A stretch of DNA of 60,789 bases from Candidatus Limnocylindrales bacterium (GCA_036386115.1 DASVJA010000194.1:1-60789), one strand, 5' to 3'; positions 21,577-31,819 are shown, numbered from the stretch's first letter. Notes: generated from the letters alone by a model not told the origin. Numbers and translations are program-made.

Positions 21577-22125
21577 ATGATCGGATTGGGATCGCCCGGG
21601 GCGACTGAGGCAACCACCGACGACGATGTGGCTATGGAGCGCCGGGTGCTCTCATTGCATGCGCGGCGTAGCCAGGACCTGTTCGGGTTCGCCGTCCGGA
21701 TGGGGCTCTCGGATGAAGACGCATCCGACGCCGTCCAGGAGGCGATGCTCCGGCTCTGGCGCGATCTGTCCGGCGGCAAGGAGTTGCTCGATCTGGACGC
21801 CTGGGCTTTCCGCGTGGTGTACCGGCTGGCGATCGACCGGCACCGACTGCGCGAGAGAGTTGCCGCATCGCTGGGCCGGCTATTCGCCCGGGCCGACGCT
21901 GTCGCCACAGATCCAGCAGACACGGACGAATCGGCCGCCGTTTGGGCCGCAGTGGACACACTCCCCGAACGCCAGCGCGCCGCAATCTACCTGCGGTATC
22001 GCGCCGACATGACCTTCGACCAGATCGGCCTCGCCATGGGCATAACCCCCGGCGCGGCCCGCAGCCACGCGACAAACGCCCTCGCAACTCTGCGCCGTCG
22101 ACTCGGCCAGGAGGAATTCCGATGA
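21577..22125 (+). CDS. ECF-type RNA polymerase sigma-70 family factor
   Basis: Region 2 (DLFGFAVRMGLSDEDASDAVQEAMLRLWRDL) and region 4 (LPERQRAAIYLRYRADMTFDQIGLAMGITPGAARSHATNA). Start set at ATG 21577 (AGAGGGG SD 4 nt upstream). Alternatives: 21555, 21634 or TTG 21526. Confidence 0.8.
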   Translation: MIGLGSPGATEATTDDDVAMERRVLSLHARRSQDLFGFAVRMGLSDEDASDAVQEAMLRLWRDLSGGKELLDLDAWAFRVVYRLAIDRHRLRERVAASLGRLFARADAVATDPADTDESAAVWAAVDTLPERQRAAIYLRYRADMTFDQIGLAMGITPGAARSHATNALATLRRRLGQEEFR

Positions 22126-24614
22126 AGCTGGAACGTCTCGAGGAACTGCTGCGGACCCGACCGGCCGACGAACGGACCTACGACCGGCAGCTACCGGACC
22201 TGGCCATGAACTCAGGGCTGGTCCGGTCGGGCGGCGTGAAGATTCGGGGCGGCCGACCTCTCGGCTTTGCCGCAGCAGCCATGGGCGTCGGGCTCGTGAT
22301 CGTTGTCGGCGCGGCGACGCTTGGGCCGTGGCGACAAGGCCAGACTGCGGCGAGCCCGTCCGGCTCGACGCCGACGGCCGGCCGGGGAACGACGCGCTCC
22401 TACCTCACCGGGTCTATGAAGGAGGCACGCCGGAGCGCGTCGGCGACCCTGCTGAAGGACGGGCGCGTGCTCATCGTCGGCGGAGGAAACGGAGGTGATC
22501 CGGTAAATGGCGGCGTCCTGAAGTCTGCCGAGCTCTATGACCCGGCCACGGGCAGCTTTACCCTGACCGGCTCCATGAACGTGGCCCGGTACGACGCGGC
22601 GATCACGACCCTCGCCGACGGCCGCGTGCTTGTTGTCGGTGGCAATGATGTCTATAGCAACGACGTGCCCTCAGCGGAGCTCTATGACCCGGCGACCGGC
22701 CAGTTCACAGCGACGGCACCGCCACGCGAATCTGGCATCGATATTTCAAGCACCCTGCTGCGAGACGGTCGCGTTCTGGTTCTCGGATGGGGCGCAGGCT
22801 CAGGTCCAGGGGACCAGGTGTTGGCCGATTTGTACGACCCGTCCACCGGTCAATTCACGGCCCTAGGACAGCTCGACGCCTTCGTGTACTTGACGGCGGC
22901 TCAGCTCAACGACGGCCGTGTACTCGTCGCGGGCGTGGCGCCGATGGGATCGGTTCCATCCGTGATCTTCGACCCGTCGACCGACAAGTTCGCGGCCACC
23001 GGGTCCATGGTCGGGGACCCCATGCCCCACACGGCCACCCTTCTCCCGAACGGCCGGGTTCTGCTCATTGAGGGTGAGAAGCAAGGCGGGGTGGAGCTCA
23101 GTAGCGAACTCTACGACCCCGCCACCGGCAAGTTCACGACGGCGGGAGACGTGGGTATCACCCAGCCGCTCCCGACAACCACGCAGTTGGCAAATGGCAA
23201 ACTCCTGATTGCCGGCAACGCCGAAATCGGAACTTCATCGCCGGATGCCAGCAAGGTTCTCCTCTACGACCCTTCCACAGGCGGGTTCAACCCGGGCGGA
23301 TCGACTCTGGTGCCCCGCAGAGAGCACACGGCCACACTCCTGGCCGACGGCCGCGTTCTCCTGGCCGGCGGAGTCGACGGCGGCGTCAAGGAAAGCGGCG
23401 GCGGTCTGGCAACAGCCGATGTGGCCACCAGCAGCGCCGAGATCTACGACCCGTCGGCGCCGGTTTCGTCAGCACCGACCAGTACGCCAGTTTCACCGGT
23501 CCCGACCGGCGCGCCAGTTAGCCCCGGCGCGACCCATACGCTCGACCCTCAGGTCGTCAGCTCGTTCGGCAGCGACAAGCTATCCGCCGCCGTCTTGGGT
23601 CCCGACGGCGCCGCCTACCTGATCGATTCCACGGTTTCCACCGTTTACAGGGTCAGCCTCGACACCGGAGCCCGAGTCCCGGTCTTGAACCTCAATCTCG
23701 CAGCCGCGGACGGGACACCGGTCGGCCGGCCCAAACTCCTGGCGGTCGGGGGCGCCGATGTCCTGATCCTCGACGACTCGAACACGCTCTGGCGCTGGCA
23801 TCCGGCCCCGGGAGACAAGACCGGCCGCGGCGCGCTCGGCAAGGTCAACATTCCCGACAGCCTGAACTGGGGTAGCGACGTTCGCGCGATCGCAACCCGC
23901 GAGGTCGTTCCGAACATCGACCTATACGACCTGTACGTGACCATCCCGAGCCGTCATCAAGTAGTCAGGTATCAGCCTGCCGTGGACGGGAGCGGCTACC
24001 CGACCGACGGCATGTCCACTTATCTGGCCGTCGACACGGACGTGTCCACCGTCGACGACATGTACATCGACGGGCACGTCTATCTGGTGAACAGGGGCAA
24101 GGTCGTCCGTTACGACCAGGGCGACAACATCAGCGGCTGGTCACCTCAGTCTCCGCATAGCGGCGATTCAACCTACTACATGAAGCTGGCGGCACTGGAT
24201 TCGAACCAGGATGCCGGCCTGTTCTATGCGTACGACCAAACCGGCCGCCGCATCGTCGCCTTCGACAAGTCGGATGGCAAAGTGGCCGGTGAGTACGTGG
24301 TGGCCGCCGGAACCGGTACGCTGCAGTCGCTCACCGGTATGTTCGTTGGCCGGAGCGGGAGCGATATCGACGTCTACTGGACCGAGGGCGGCAACCTAAT
24401 GAGCGCATCGCTGTCCGGCGCGGGCCCTTCGGCTTCACCTTCGGCCGGCCCGACCTACATCCACTACACGGTCGAGGCAGGCGACACGATCGCAAGCATC
24501 GCCCAGAAGTTCCACGTCCGGCCGTCCGACCTCATCGCCGCGAACCCTCAGTTTGTCGACCTATCCAACACCATGATGCCGGGCTTCCTTATCAACATCC
24601 CGCCTCCCAGATGA
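22122..24614 (+). CDS. Membrane-anchored ECF partner (anti-sigma-like position): short cytoplasmic N-terminus, TM, 7 Kelch-like blades, a second beta-propeller-like region, C-terminal LysM
   Basis: ATGA overlap with the sigma stop. TM (FAAAAMGVGLVIVVGAATLG). Repeats DGRVL[IVL][VA]GG x7. LysM: YTVEAGDTIASIAQKFHVRPSDLIAANP. The track N-terminal extension (21942..) overlaps the sigma gene out of frame and is rejected. Confidence 0.75.
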   Translation: MKLERLEELLRTRPADERTYDRQLPDLAMNSGLVRSGGVKIRGGRPLGFAAAAMGVGLVIVVGAATLGPWRQGQTAASPSGSTPTAGRGTTRSYLTGSMKEARRSASATLLKDGRVLIVGGGNGGDPVNGGVLKSAELYDPATGSFTLTGSMNVARYDAAITTLADGRVLVVGGNDVYSNDVPSAELYDPATGQFTATAPPRESGIDISSTLLRDGRVLVLGWGAGSGPGDQVLADLYDPSTGQFTALGQLDAFVYLTAAQLNDGRVLVAGVAPMGSVPSVIFDPSTDKFAATGSMVGDPMPHTATLLPNGRVLLIEGEKQGGVELSSELYDPATGKFTTAGDVGITQPLPTTTQLANGKLLIAGNAEIGTSSPDASKVLLYDPSTGGFNPGGSTLVPRREHTATLLADGRVLLAGGVDGGVKESGGGLATADVATSSAEIYDPSAPVSSAPTSTPVSPVPTGAPVSPGATHTLDPQVVSSFGSDKLSAAVLGPDGAAYLIDSTVSTVYRVSLDTGARVPVLNLNLAAADGTPVGRPKLLAVGGADVLILDDSNTLWRWHPAPGDKTGRGALGKVNIPDSLNWGSDVRAIATREVVPNIDLYDLYVTIPSRHQVVRYQPAVDGSGYPTDGMSTYLAVDTDVSTVDDMYIDGHVYLVNRGKVVRYDQGDNISGWSPQSPHSGDSTYYMKLAALDSNQDAGLFYAYDQTGRRIVAFDKSDGKVAGEYVVAAGTGTLQSLTGMFVGRSGSDIDVYWTEGGNLMSASLSGAGPSASPSAGPTYIHYTVEAGDTIASIAQKFHVRPSDLIAANPQFVDLSNTMMPGFLINIPPPR

Positions 24615-24641
24615 CGTCCCTCTTCGCCGCCGAGCCTGGTC

Positions 24642-24744
24642 CAGCCGGCGCGACCGGAATAATCGCCGGTCGCTGTTCTTGGCCGTGATTTCGCAACGTC
24701 TTGAGCGTTGAGTGGCCCGCCACGTCCGTTGGACGTGATGACCT
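24642..24744 (+). repeat. Copy 2 of the ~100-bp duplicated intergenic module, upstream of membrane-protein gene 24818
   Basis: Roughly three-quarters identical to 21462..21562 by hand alignment. The 13-nt 3' block GACGTGATGACCT is identical. Confidence 0.6.
24650..24680 (+). terminator. Candidate terminator of the sigma / anti-sigma-like operon (inside repeat copy 2)
   Basis: GCGACCGG-aataatcg-CCGGTCGC (8-bp perfect stem) followed by TGTTCTT, 36 nt after the stop at 24614. Confidence 0.45.
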
Positions 24745-24817
24745 GGACGGATTCGCTGCTTGGAGCCGATGCTAACCTTGGCCGGGCGCACTACGCGCCG
24801 AGTGATGGGAGGGGTCG

Positions 24818-25477
24818 GTGGTCGACGCCGGTCGCGCAGCGCAAGCGGCAAATCGGCCGGTCCGCCTGAATGCGCGGACACGGAGGACGATGCCGGCGAT
24901 GGCATTGCTCTTGGCCGCGCTGCTCTGCTGGAGCATGGCTTGGTCGGCTGCAATCAATTCGGCCTTCGATCCCTTGCTTGTCGCAGTCAACGTGGTGTTC
25001 TGGCTCCCGGTCTTCGGCATCGTCGTAGGCACAATGCCGGAATGGACGGTCGTTGGCGGGGAGCTCAGCCGCCGCACGTGGCGTTCATGGCCGGGCCGGA
25101 AGCCGACCAAAGTCATGGACTTGAGTCCAGAGGTGGAGATCGTCCACGAAACCAGATACCGGTGGCGCATCCACCCGGCCGGACTTGTGATCCGGACATG
25201 GCCGTTCCCTTGGGCTGCCACCGGGTTCATCGCCGCGCTGGAGCATGGCGGTGTGCGGGTCGACGATTTCCGGGGTGATTGGCAACGGCAACATCGAGCG
25301 CTGGACGCCTTAGCCATGCTTGCCTACGTGGGCGCCTTCGCATGCCTATTGTCGACCCCCGCTATCGGATTCCTCTTTGGGATCGGGCTGCCGCTGACGC
25401 CGGCCATCGTGGCGGGTGTGCTGGCGGCGGTCGGCGAGTTCGTCGACCGTGGGCCCTGGCGGGCGGCGCGCCTCTGA
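24818..25477 (+). CDS. Membrane protein, unknown function
   Basis: GTG start with GGGAGGGG SD (core 5 nt upstream). Basic N-terminus, two TM helices, a soluble middle part, then two C-terminal TM helices. Confidence 0.55.
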   Translation: MVDAGRAAQAANRPVRLNARTRRTMPAMALLLAALLCWSMAWSAAINSAFDPLLVAVNVVFWLPVFGIVVGTMPEWTVVGGELSRRTWRSWPGRKPTKVMDLSPEVEIVHETRYRWRIHPAGLVIRTWPFPWAATGFIAALEHGGVRVDDFRGDWQRQHRALDALAMLAYVGAFACLLSTPAIGFLFGIGLPLTPAIVAGVLAAVGEFVDRGPWRAARL

Positions 25478-25583
25478 CGCCACCGACAGACCGAACCACC
25501 AGGCGGCCCAGTTCGGCCCGGCGGTCGGGCGCGCGCCGCATCGGGCGGATCATCGTTCCGGCCACTAGAACGAGGATCCACCA

Positions 25584-26606
25584 ATGCCCGCCATCACCGT
25601 CCCCGACATCACCGTCCTCCCGCGCATCCCGGAGCCTGATCCGGTCGCCGGGCGGATGCGCTCGGTCCGCACCCTGACCACCGCCCCGCACGGCCTCGAA
25701 GGCGAGGGGTTCCCCGTCCGGCGCGCCTTCGCCGGCGTGGACCTGGCCGAAATCGACCCGTTCGTCCACATGGACCAGATGGGAGAGGTGGAATACGCGC
25801 CGGGGGAGCCGAAGGGCACGCCGTGGCATCCGCACCGCGGTTTTGAGACGGTCACGTACATGATCGACGGCACGTTCGAACATCAAGATTCGAACGGCGG
25901 CGGCGGAGTCATAACCAACGGCGATACGCAATGGATGACGGCCGGCGCGGGAATTCTCCACATCGAGAAGCCGCCCGAATGGCTCGTCACCAGCGGTGGG
26001 CTCTTCCACGGCTTCCAGCTCTGGGTTAACCTGCCCGCCGCGCAGAAATGGGCGGCACCGCGGTATCAGGACATTCGAGCCGGTGAAGTCGCACTGGCGT
26101 CATCGCCCGACGGCGGCGCCCTCATTCGAATCATCGCCGGCGAAGTGGCCGGGCACAAAGGCCCCGGCACGACATACACCCCGATGACGCTGGTCCACGC
26201 CACGCTAAGCCCGGGAGCGCGGCTGTCGCTGCCCTGGCGCGCCGACTACAACGCCCTCGTCTACGTGATGGCAGGCTTCGGCACCGTGGGCCAGGAAGTA
26301 AGACCGATCCAGACGGGCCAGCTGGCCGTCCTCGGCGAGGGTAACGCCCTGACCGTGTCGGCTGCGGCCGTCCAGGAAAGTCGCAGCCCCAACATGGACA
26401 TCCTGATTCTGGGTGGCCATCCAATCGGCGAACCGGTTGCCTGGATGGGCCCATTCGTGATGAACACCCGCGAGGAATTGCTCCAGGCGATGCGCGACTT
26501 CCAGGCCGGGCGGCTCGGCACCATTCCGGCGGTCACCGCAGTGCACGGCGCACCAACTGAGATCGTGGAGTCGAGGCGGGGTGACGAACCGAGACCGTCG
26601 AGCTAA
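25584..26606 (+). CDS. Pirin family protein (bicupin)
   Basis: HPHRGFETVTYMIDGTFEHQDS and FHGFQLWVNLP motifs. GAGGA SD. Confidence 0.9.
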   Translation: MPAITVPDITVLPRIPEPDPVAGRMRSVRTLTTAPHGLEGEGFPVRRAFAGVDLAEIDPFVHMDQMGEVEYAPGEPKGTPWHPHRGFETVTYMIDGTFEHQDSNGGGGVITNGDTQWMTAGAGILHIEKPPEWLVTSGGLFHGFQLWVNLPAAQKWAAPRYQDIRAGEVALASSPDGGALIRIIAGEVAGHKGPGTTYTPMTLVHATLSPGARLSLPWRADYNALVYVMAGFGTVGQEVRPIQTGQLAVLGEGNALTVSAAAVQESRSPNMDILILGGHPIGEPVAWMGPFVMNTREELLQAMRDFQAGRLGTIPAVTAVHGAPTEIVESRRGDEPRPSS

Positions 26607-26813
26607 CCGACCGAGCTAAGCCCACTACGGACCTCCATGCCTTCCCGGCGGACTTCGCCCTCACGGTCTGGTCCATCCCCGATCGCAACATCACGTCGGG
26701 CCCGACAGGACCACGGAGTCTCACTGTCCGGCCACTCGCGGATCTGTGATCTGAACGGCGGAGCGGGAAAAGCCAGAAGAAGAAGTCCGGATGGGAAGCC
26801 AATTTCAGGATTC

Positions 26814-26822
26814 TGCAAGAAT
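26814..26822 (+). promoter_or_regulatory. Extended -10-like element TGCAAGAAT, inside the 15-bp palindrome GATTCTGCAAGAATC
   Basis: One of three exact TGCAAGAATC copies, all intergenic. 54 nt upstream of ATG 26876. Confidence 0.4.
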
Positions 26823-26875
26823 CGGCGTACTCGCCTGCTGGTTGTCGGCTAATATCCGCAACCGAGGGGGCGTCA

Positions 26876-28612
26876 ATGACCTGGACTTCCACCGCACCGG
26901 CATTGCATTGGGGGCGTCGTCCACTCCGGACGGCTCGCCGCCTGTCAGGCGCTGCGCCAGCTATCCTCGTCGCCGCTGGCGCATTCGCGGCAGGCACATA
27001 TCTCTTCAGCGGACTACGTGATCTCGGCAACCAGCTCGACTTTATCCTTCCGATCGATCCGGCCGATTCGAACCCAACGATCGCGCTCCTTTCGGCCGTC
27101 GGCCTCGCAGCGCTCGCGATCGGACTACTGCGGAGCAAGTCCGGTGCATGGTGGCTGGCCATGGCCACGCTATCCGTCTCACTCCTGGCGCAGGCCCAGG
27201 CGTTGTCGCACCCGCTCGTTGTTGTCGCGGTCGGCGGTTTGCTGGCGATCCTCCTGGCTGACCGACGCCGCTACACCGTAGAGACCGACATCAGCGGCCG
27301 GCGGCTGATCCTCGCCTTGATGGCAGTCGGCGGTCTGGCTATTGGGCTGGAAACGGCCCTCATAATTGCGACTACGGGCGATTGGCCGAGGCCTTTCTCG
27401 GCGCTAAGCGACATCACCGCCGCGACCGGCAACGCGTTTGGTGTGAGCGACCCCACCCGAAACCAAGTTCTTCGTTATGGGAGCCGGGACGCGATAATCG
27501 GGCTGCTGCTCGTGGCTTCCCGACTGCCGATCGTGCTCGCCGCGCTCGGCATCCTCAACCCCGTCTCAGAACCCCGAGCCGATCCAAGCAGCCGTGAACG
27601 GGCGCGCTCAATCACTCGCCAATACGGCTGCGGCGCCCTCTTCCCGTTCCAGATGGGCGACGACAAGCTGGTCTTCTCGCCATCCGATGTCGACGGGCTC
27701 GTCGTCTACGGCCTGGCCGGCCGAACGGCCGTCGTGTTAGGCGACCTGATAGGGCCGGTCGCATGCGCACCAATTGTCCTCGACCGGTTCCTGAAGCGAT
27801 GCCATAAGCTCGATCGAACACCGGTGATTTACCAGGCCAGCTCGGTCGGCCGGGCGATGCTCACCAACGCAGGCTTTCGAGTCTTCAAGGTCGGAGAGGA
27901 GGCGATCGTCGATCTGTCGACCTTTCAACTCAACGGCCACCGCCGAGCAAACCTGCGCCACACCGTAACTCGGTGCCGCAAAGACGGCGTCTCTTTCCAA
28001 TGGTTCGCGCACGGCATTCCACCGGATGAGGCAACCTTGATCGACGAGATGGCTGCGATCGATTCTGTTTGGCGCAAGAAAGCCGGCCCGCAGCTCGGTT
28101 TCACCATAAACCAGTTTCACCGGGCATCGCTCGCCTGGCAGCCCTGCAGCGTTGCCCTGGGACCGGCTGGGCATGTAATCGCCTTTGTCACATTCCGTCA
28201 AACCGGCACCGACGGCGGCCGGGTTCTCGACCTGATGCGTCGCTCGCCAGACGGCTCTCCCGGCGCAGTCGAGGCCTGCATCGTCGAAGCCGCCAGCGCC
28301 CTCAAGGAGAGCGGCGCACCGACGCTATCCCTCGGCCTTGCGCCACTCGCGGGCATTAGCAGGAACGACCCAATGTTCGAGGAGCGGCTCCTGGCCGCCG
28401 GCAGCAAGCTCGTGCGGCCGTGGTACGACGTCCAGGGCCTGGCCCGCTTCAAGAACAAGTTCGACCCGGAGTGGCTGCCGAGATACGGCGCCACTCGCCG
28501 CCGCCGTGACCTCATCGGCTTCGTGACCAGCCTTCTGCGGGTTCACCTTAATGGCTCGATAGACATGCCATGGCGAAAGCTCTACAGAGTTCGGACACCT
28601 GCCGGCCATTGA
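26876..28612 (+). CDS. MprF-like aminoacyl-phosphatidylglycerol synthase (membrane domain + DUF2156/LPG-synthase C-terminal domain)
   Basis: N-terminal TM helices. C-terminal LRHTVTRCRKDGVSFQW..., SVWRKKAGPQLGFT..., RFKNKFDPEWLPRY. GAGGGGG SD. Confidence 0.8.
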   Translation: MTWTSTAPALHWGRRPLRTARRLSGAAPAILVAAGAFAAGTYLFSGLRDLGNQLDFILPIDPADSNPTIALLSAVGLAALAIGLLRSKSGAWWLAMATLSVSLLAQAQALSHPLVVVAVGGLLAILLADRRRYTVETDISGRRLILALMAVGGLAIGLETALIIATTGDWPRPFSALSDITAATGNAFGVSDPTRNQVLRYGSRDAIIGLLLVASRLPIVLAALGILNPVSEPRADPSSRERARSITRQYGCGALFPFQMGDDKLVFSPSDVDGLVVYGLAGRTAVVLGDLIGPVACAPIVLDRFLKRCHKLDRTPVIYQASSVGRAMLTNAGFRVFKVGEEAIVDLSTFQLNGHRRANLRHTVTRCRKDGVSFQWFAHGIPPDEATLIDEMAAIDSVWRKKAGPQLGFTINQFHRASLAWQPCSVALGPAGHVIAFVTFRQTGTDGGRVLDLMRRSPDGSPGAVEACIVEAASALKESGAPTLSLGLAPLAGISRNDPMFEERLLAAGSKLVRPWYDVQGLARFKNKFDPEWLPRYGATRRRRDLIGFVTSLLRVHLNGSIDMPWRKLYRVRTPAGH

Positions 28613-28990
28613 GGGATACCAGCCGGTGACCCTATCATCCGACCTCTCGCACGGCTGGGGTCAGGTTCGGTCAATGCTGCCGGGCGCACTCGAGGCCTGG
28701 TCGACGCACATGGCCTCGACGGGCGTTCTTCACTAGAGCTGGGCCCACAACAGGCGCGAGTCCGGCCAAAACTCCATCTGACCTACCGCCGCGGCAACTG
28801 AGCAAGTCTTGAACCTGATTCAGCCCGCCAAGTCGAATGAGCCGTAGAAGCTCGAAGTTCCAGGCAAACGATAGAAATGCGGAGTCTGGACTATTTAGTA
28901 GTGCCTGCGCGCACCGATATCCCATGTGTCGCCCCATATGAGCGACGGGCGGACCGGCCCTGATGGACACCCCGAAAGTTGTTGTGTGCC

Positions 28991-31072
28991 ATGAATCTAA
29001 ACGTACGCGCCAAGATCCTTGGCGGCTCCGCGATTCTCCTGTTGCTGATCGGCGCCGTCGGTGTTCTTTCGATTTCGAACCTGGTCGGCGTCCAAGACAA
29101 GGCTCACGCCGCGAACGACAATGGCCTAATCCCGGTAGAGAAGCTGGCCGCCCTGAACACTGCCCTCATCGACAAGGCCAGGGCCGTCACGTACGGCGTG
29201 GTCGAGGCAGGTCAGGCTGATGCTCAGTCCACGATCGACTCCCAGATCGCGGCCGATGACAAGACGATTCAGGCTAGTATCGCCGCCATTTCAGCGCTCC
29301 CGCTGACGTCCGACCAGGCCGCGACTCTGGCCGACCTCAAGACGCAAATGACCCAATACCAGACGATGGTCGATCCGATCCGGACGCTCTCGAAGGCCGG
29401 CGACGGCAAGACGGCCGGAACGCAGCTGTCGGCCGGCGCAACGCAGCGCGGTAAGGTCATGGCCGACGTCACCAGCCTCGTCAACTCAATCGAGAGTGGG
29501 GCCCAGGGACTGAACAGCGAGATCAACTCCACCGTTCAATTCGGGCTTCTCTCGACGCTCGCGCTCGTCGGGCTGGCATTCCTGATCGGCATCGCCGTGA
29601 GCCTCTACATCTCTCGCGGAATTTCTCGCGGTGCGAGCGCAGTCCTGCGCCAGATGGGAGTCATTCAGGGGGCCATGGTCGACTTCACGGGCTGCCTCGA
29701 GGGTTTCTCCGAGAACGACCTAACGCGAGTCTACAAGTCTCACGTCTCCTACATGGACAAGGTGGGCACGGACGAAATCGGCGCCACGGGCGATGGGCTC
29801 AACTCACTGCTCGGCCAGCTCAAGACCATGGTTGGAGCCTACGAAATTTCGCGCAGCAACCTGACCAACGTCATCGGAGAGGTGAAGTACGCCTCCGAAT
29901 CGGTGACGCGGACCAGCCTTGAACTGGATAACGCATCCACGCAAACCGGGACTGCCACTCAGCAGATCGCAGCCACCATCACTCAGGTCGCGACCGGCGC
30001 CGGCGACCAGGCCCGGGCCGCATCGGACACGTCCGCCAGCACACAGGAACTGACCGCGATGATCGCCCAGGTCGGGGCCGGAGCGGCGGAAACGAACAAG
30101 CGCGTCGAGCAGGCGCATAACGCCGTTGTGGCCGCAACTACGGCCGTCTCCCGGGCCGATCGAGCCGGCGAAGAGATGCAGTCCTACGCCGAGCGTGTTC
30201 ACAACTCCCTTGAGAATGGCATCGAGGCCGTTGGCCAGACTGCGACCGGCATGCGCCGGATTCGCGAAGCCGTCGAGACGACGGCGGGTCGGGTCGGTGA
30301 ACTCGGCGCCAAATCCGGCCAGATCGGTGCCATCGTCGAGACGATCGATGACATCGCCGAACAGACCAACCTTCTCGCTCTCAACGCCGCCATCGAGGCA
30401 GCTCGAGCGGGCGAGCAGGGCAAGGGATTCGCCGTTGTGGCCGACGAAGTTCGTAAGCTTGCCGAGCGTTCGTCGCGTGCCACCAAGGAAATCGCCTCGC
30501 TGATCGGCGAGGTCCAGCAGGAGACCGAACGAGCCGTCGCGGCAATGAACGAAGGCGCGACCATGGTCAAGGAAGGGTCAGAGCTCGCCGAGAAGTCCGC
30601 ATCGGCTCTCGTCGAGATCAAGACCGCGGCCGCAGAACGCGATCGGGCAGTCCAGGACGTCTTCGAGGCTCTCGTGGAGATCGGCGGAGCGACGAGTCAG
30701 GTCGTGGCGGCTTCGGACGCCATCGCCGTGATCGCCACTCAGACGAACATGGCCGCAGCCAATATGACGACCTCAGCCTCGACGGTGTCCTCGTCGATCG
30801 AGTCCATCGCGGCAGTCAGCGAAGAAAACTCGGCCGCGGCAGAGGAAGTCAGCGCCGCAACCGAAGAGATGTCGGCCCAGGCAGAAGAGGTGGTCGCGTC
30901 GGCGAAGACTCTTGCCGAGATGGCCGCTCAACTCGACACCCTCGTTGCCCGCTTCCGGCTCACCTCGGAGTCCGCGGAGGGTTCGGCACCGGGATCGGGC
31001 GGCATCGACAACCTGAGCAGCATCGCGACCGGCAGAACCGCCGACATGGGGCGGCGGTCAAGGGCCGCCTAG
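28991..31072 (+). CDS. Methyl-accepting chemotaxis protein (four-helix-bundle sensor, HAMP, MA domain)
   Basis: Signalling hairpin [38 protein letters not shown]. Two TM helices flank a ~170-aa periplasmic helical domain. Start trimmed to ATG 28991. Confidence 0.9.
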   Translation: MNLNVRAKILGGSAILLLLIGAVGVLSISNLVGVQDKAHAANDNGLIPVEKLAALNTALIDKARAVTYGVVEAGQADAQSTIDSQIAADDKTIQASIAAISALPLTSDQAATLADLKTQMTQYQTMVDPIRTLSKAGDGKTAGTQLSAGATQRGKVMADVTSLVNSIESGAQGLNSEINSTVQFGLLSTLALVGLAFLIGIAVSLYISRGISRGASAVLRQMGVIQGAMVDFTGCLEGFSENDLTRVYKSHVSYMDKVGTDEIGATGDGLNSLLGQLKTMVGAYEISRSNLTNVIGEVKYASESVTRTSLELDNASTQTGTATQQIAATITQVATGAGDQARAASDTSASTQELTAMIAQVGAGAAETNKRVEQAHNAVVAATTAVSRADRAGEEMQSYAERVHNSLENGIEAVGQTATGMRRIREAVETTAGRVGELGAKSGQIGAIVETIDDIAEQTNLLALNAAIEAARAGEQGKGFAVVADEVRKLAERSSRATKEIASLIGEVQQETERAVAAMNEGATMVKEGSELAEKSASALVEIKTAAAERDRAVQDVFEALVEIGGATSQVVAASDAIAVIATQTNMAAANMTTSASTVSSSIESIAAVSEENSAAAEEVSAATEEMSAQAEEVVASAKTLAEMAAQLDTLVARFRLTSESAEGSAPGSGGIDNLSSIATGRTADMGRRSRAA

Positions 31073-31291
31073 CATCCGATTCAGTCAGCGACAACGAGTC
31101 GGCACAAACTCGCATACCGCGCCGAATCTCTGACGCGAGGCTCGCTCTTCATCTGGCGGGCCTCGCTAATGAGGCGCTGATTCCCCTCTTCAGTTGTCCG
31201 CCAGGAGCGCCGACCGCGAACGGACTCGACTCCGGGAGCTCGGCGGAGGATCGAGCCGAAGAGATAGGGCACGATCGGGTCACGGTAGCGA

Positions 31292-31819
31292 TCAGGCCTG
31301 TCGACCCTCGCCGATCACTTCGTTCCCGCCAGGCGCCTCGTCCGATTGCGCCGTCGAGGGTTCGACTGGGGTAGCCGGTTCGTCCGACGCGGCTGAGTGA
31401 CGTAGACGCTCGGCCACGTCAAGCGCCGCCTGGCTTGGCTTTCCTACATCATCGGGCTGGGCCGACCCGCCGAACCCACGGGGTCTGTCTGTAGCGAGCA
31501 TCGCCGCTCCCGCCACCATCTGAGCCACCGCCCCGGCGGGATTCGAGCCAATCGCGTTGAGGGCGGACATGCGGGACTGGGATCCGACAAGAGTTGAGCT
31601 GTAGCCGCCTGCATTCATTGCCGGATCGACGGCGGTGACGCCCGGAATGACCAGCCCGGCAAGATCTTCGTGCTGGGTCATTACGGCGCCGCAGCTGCAG
31701 CAGTGGGCGGCGCCTGGTTCGGCAGGCTCGGCACACCAGGGACAGGCCGAAAGAGGTTCGCCAGTCGACGGGCCTGGATCCGCTACCGGCCGAGTTGGCT
31801 GATTCCACCAGTCGCTCAT
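31292..31819 (-). CDS. Zinc-ribbon protein, otherwise low complexity
   Basis: AGGAGG SD 4-5 nt upstream of ATG 31819. CPWC...CCSC motif. Confidence 0.6.
   Translation of the reverse strand: MSDWWNQPTRPVADPGPSTGEPLSACPWCAEPAEPGAAHCCSCGAVMTQHEDLAGLVIPGVTAVDPAMNAGGYSSTLVGSQSRMSALNAIGSNPAGAVAQMVAGAAMLATDRPRGFGGSAQPDDVGKPSQAALDVAERLRHSAASDEPATPVEPSTAQSDEAPGGNEVIGEGRQA

Noticed and set aside
21942-22121. N-terminal 60-codon extension of the Kelch/LysM ORF.
   Set aside because: It overlaps the sigma-factor gene out of frame and is Arg/Pro-rich. ATG 22122 forms an ATGA overlap with the sigma stop and begins a sensible sequence (MKLERLEELL...).
24738-24869. 43-codon ORF starting at the conserved ATG of repeat copy 2 (MTWTDSLLGADANLG...), as a leader peptide paralleling MTYQRGAMIGLG... 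at 21555.
   Set aside because: Nucleotide similarity between the two copies stops right after ATGACCT. The downstream peptides are not convincingly similar, and most codon differences inside the repeat are non-synonymous. The conservation therefore looks non-coding.
31081-31272. 63-aa minus-strand ORF between the MCP gene and the zinc-ribbon gene.
   Set aside because: GTG start without an SD or -10 box, third-position G+C only about 70% by hand count, no motif. It may simply fill a convergent gap. Kept as unproven.
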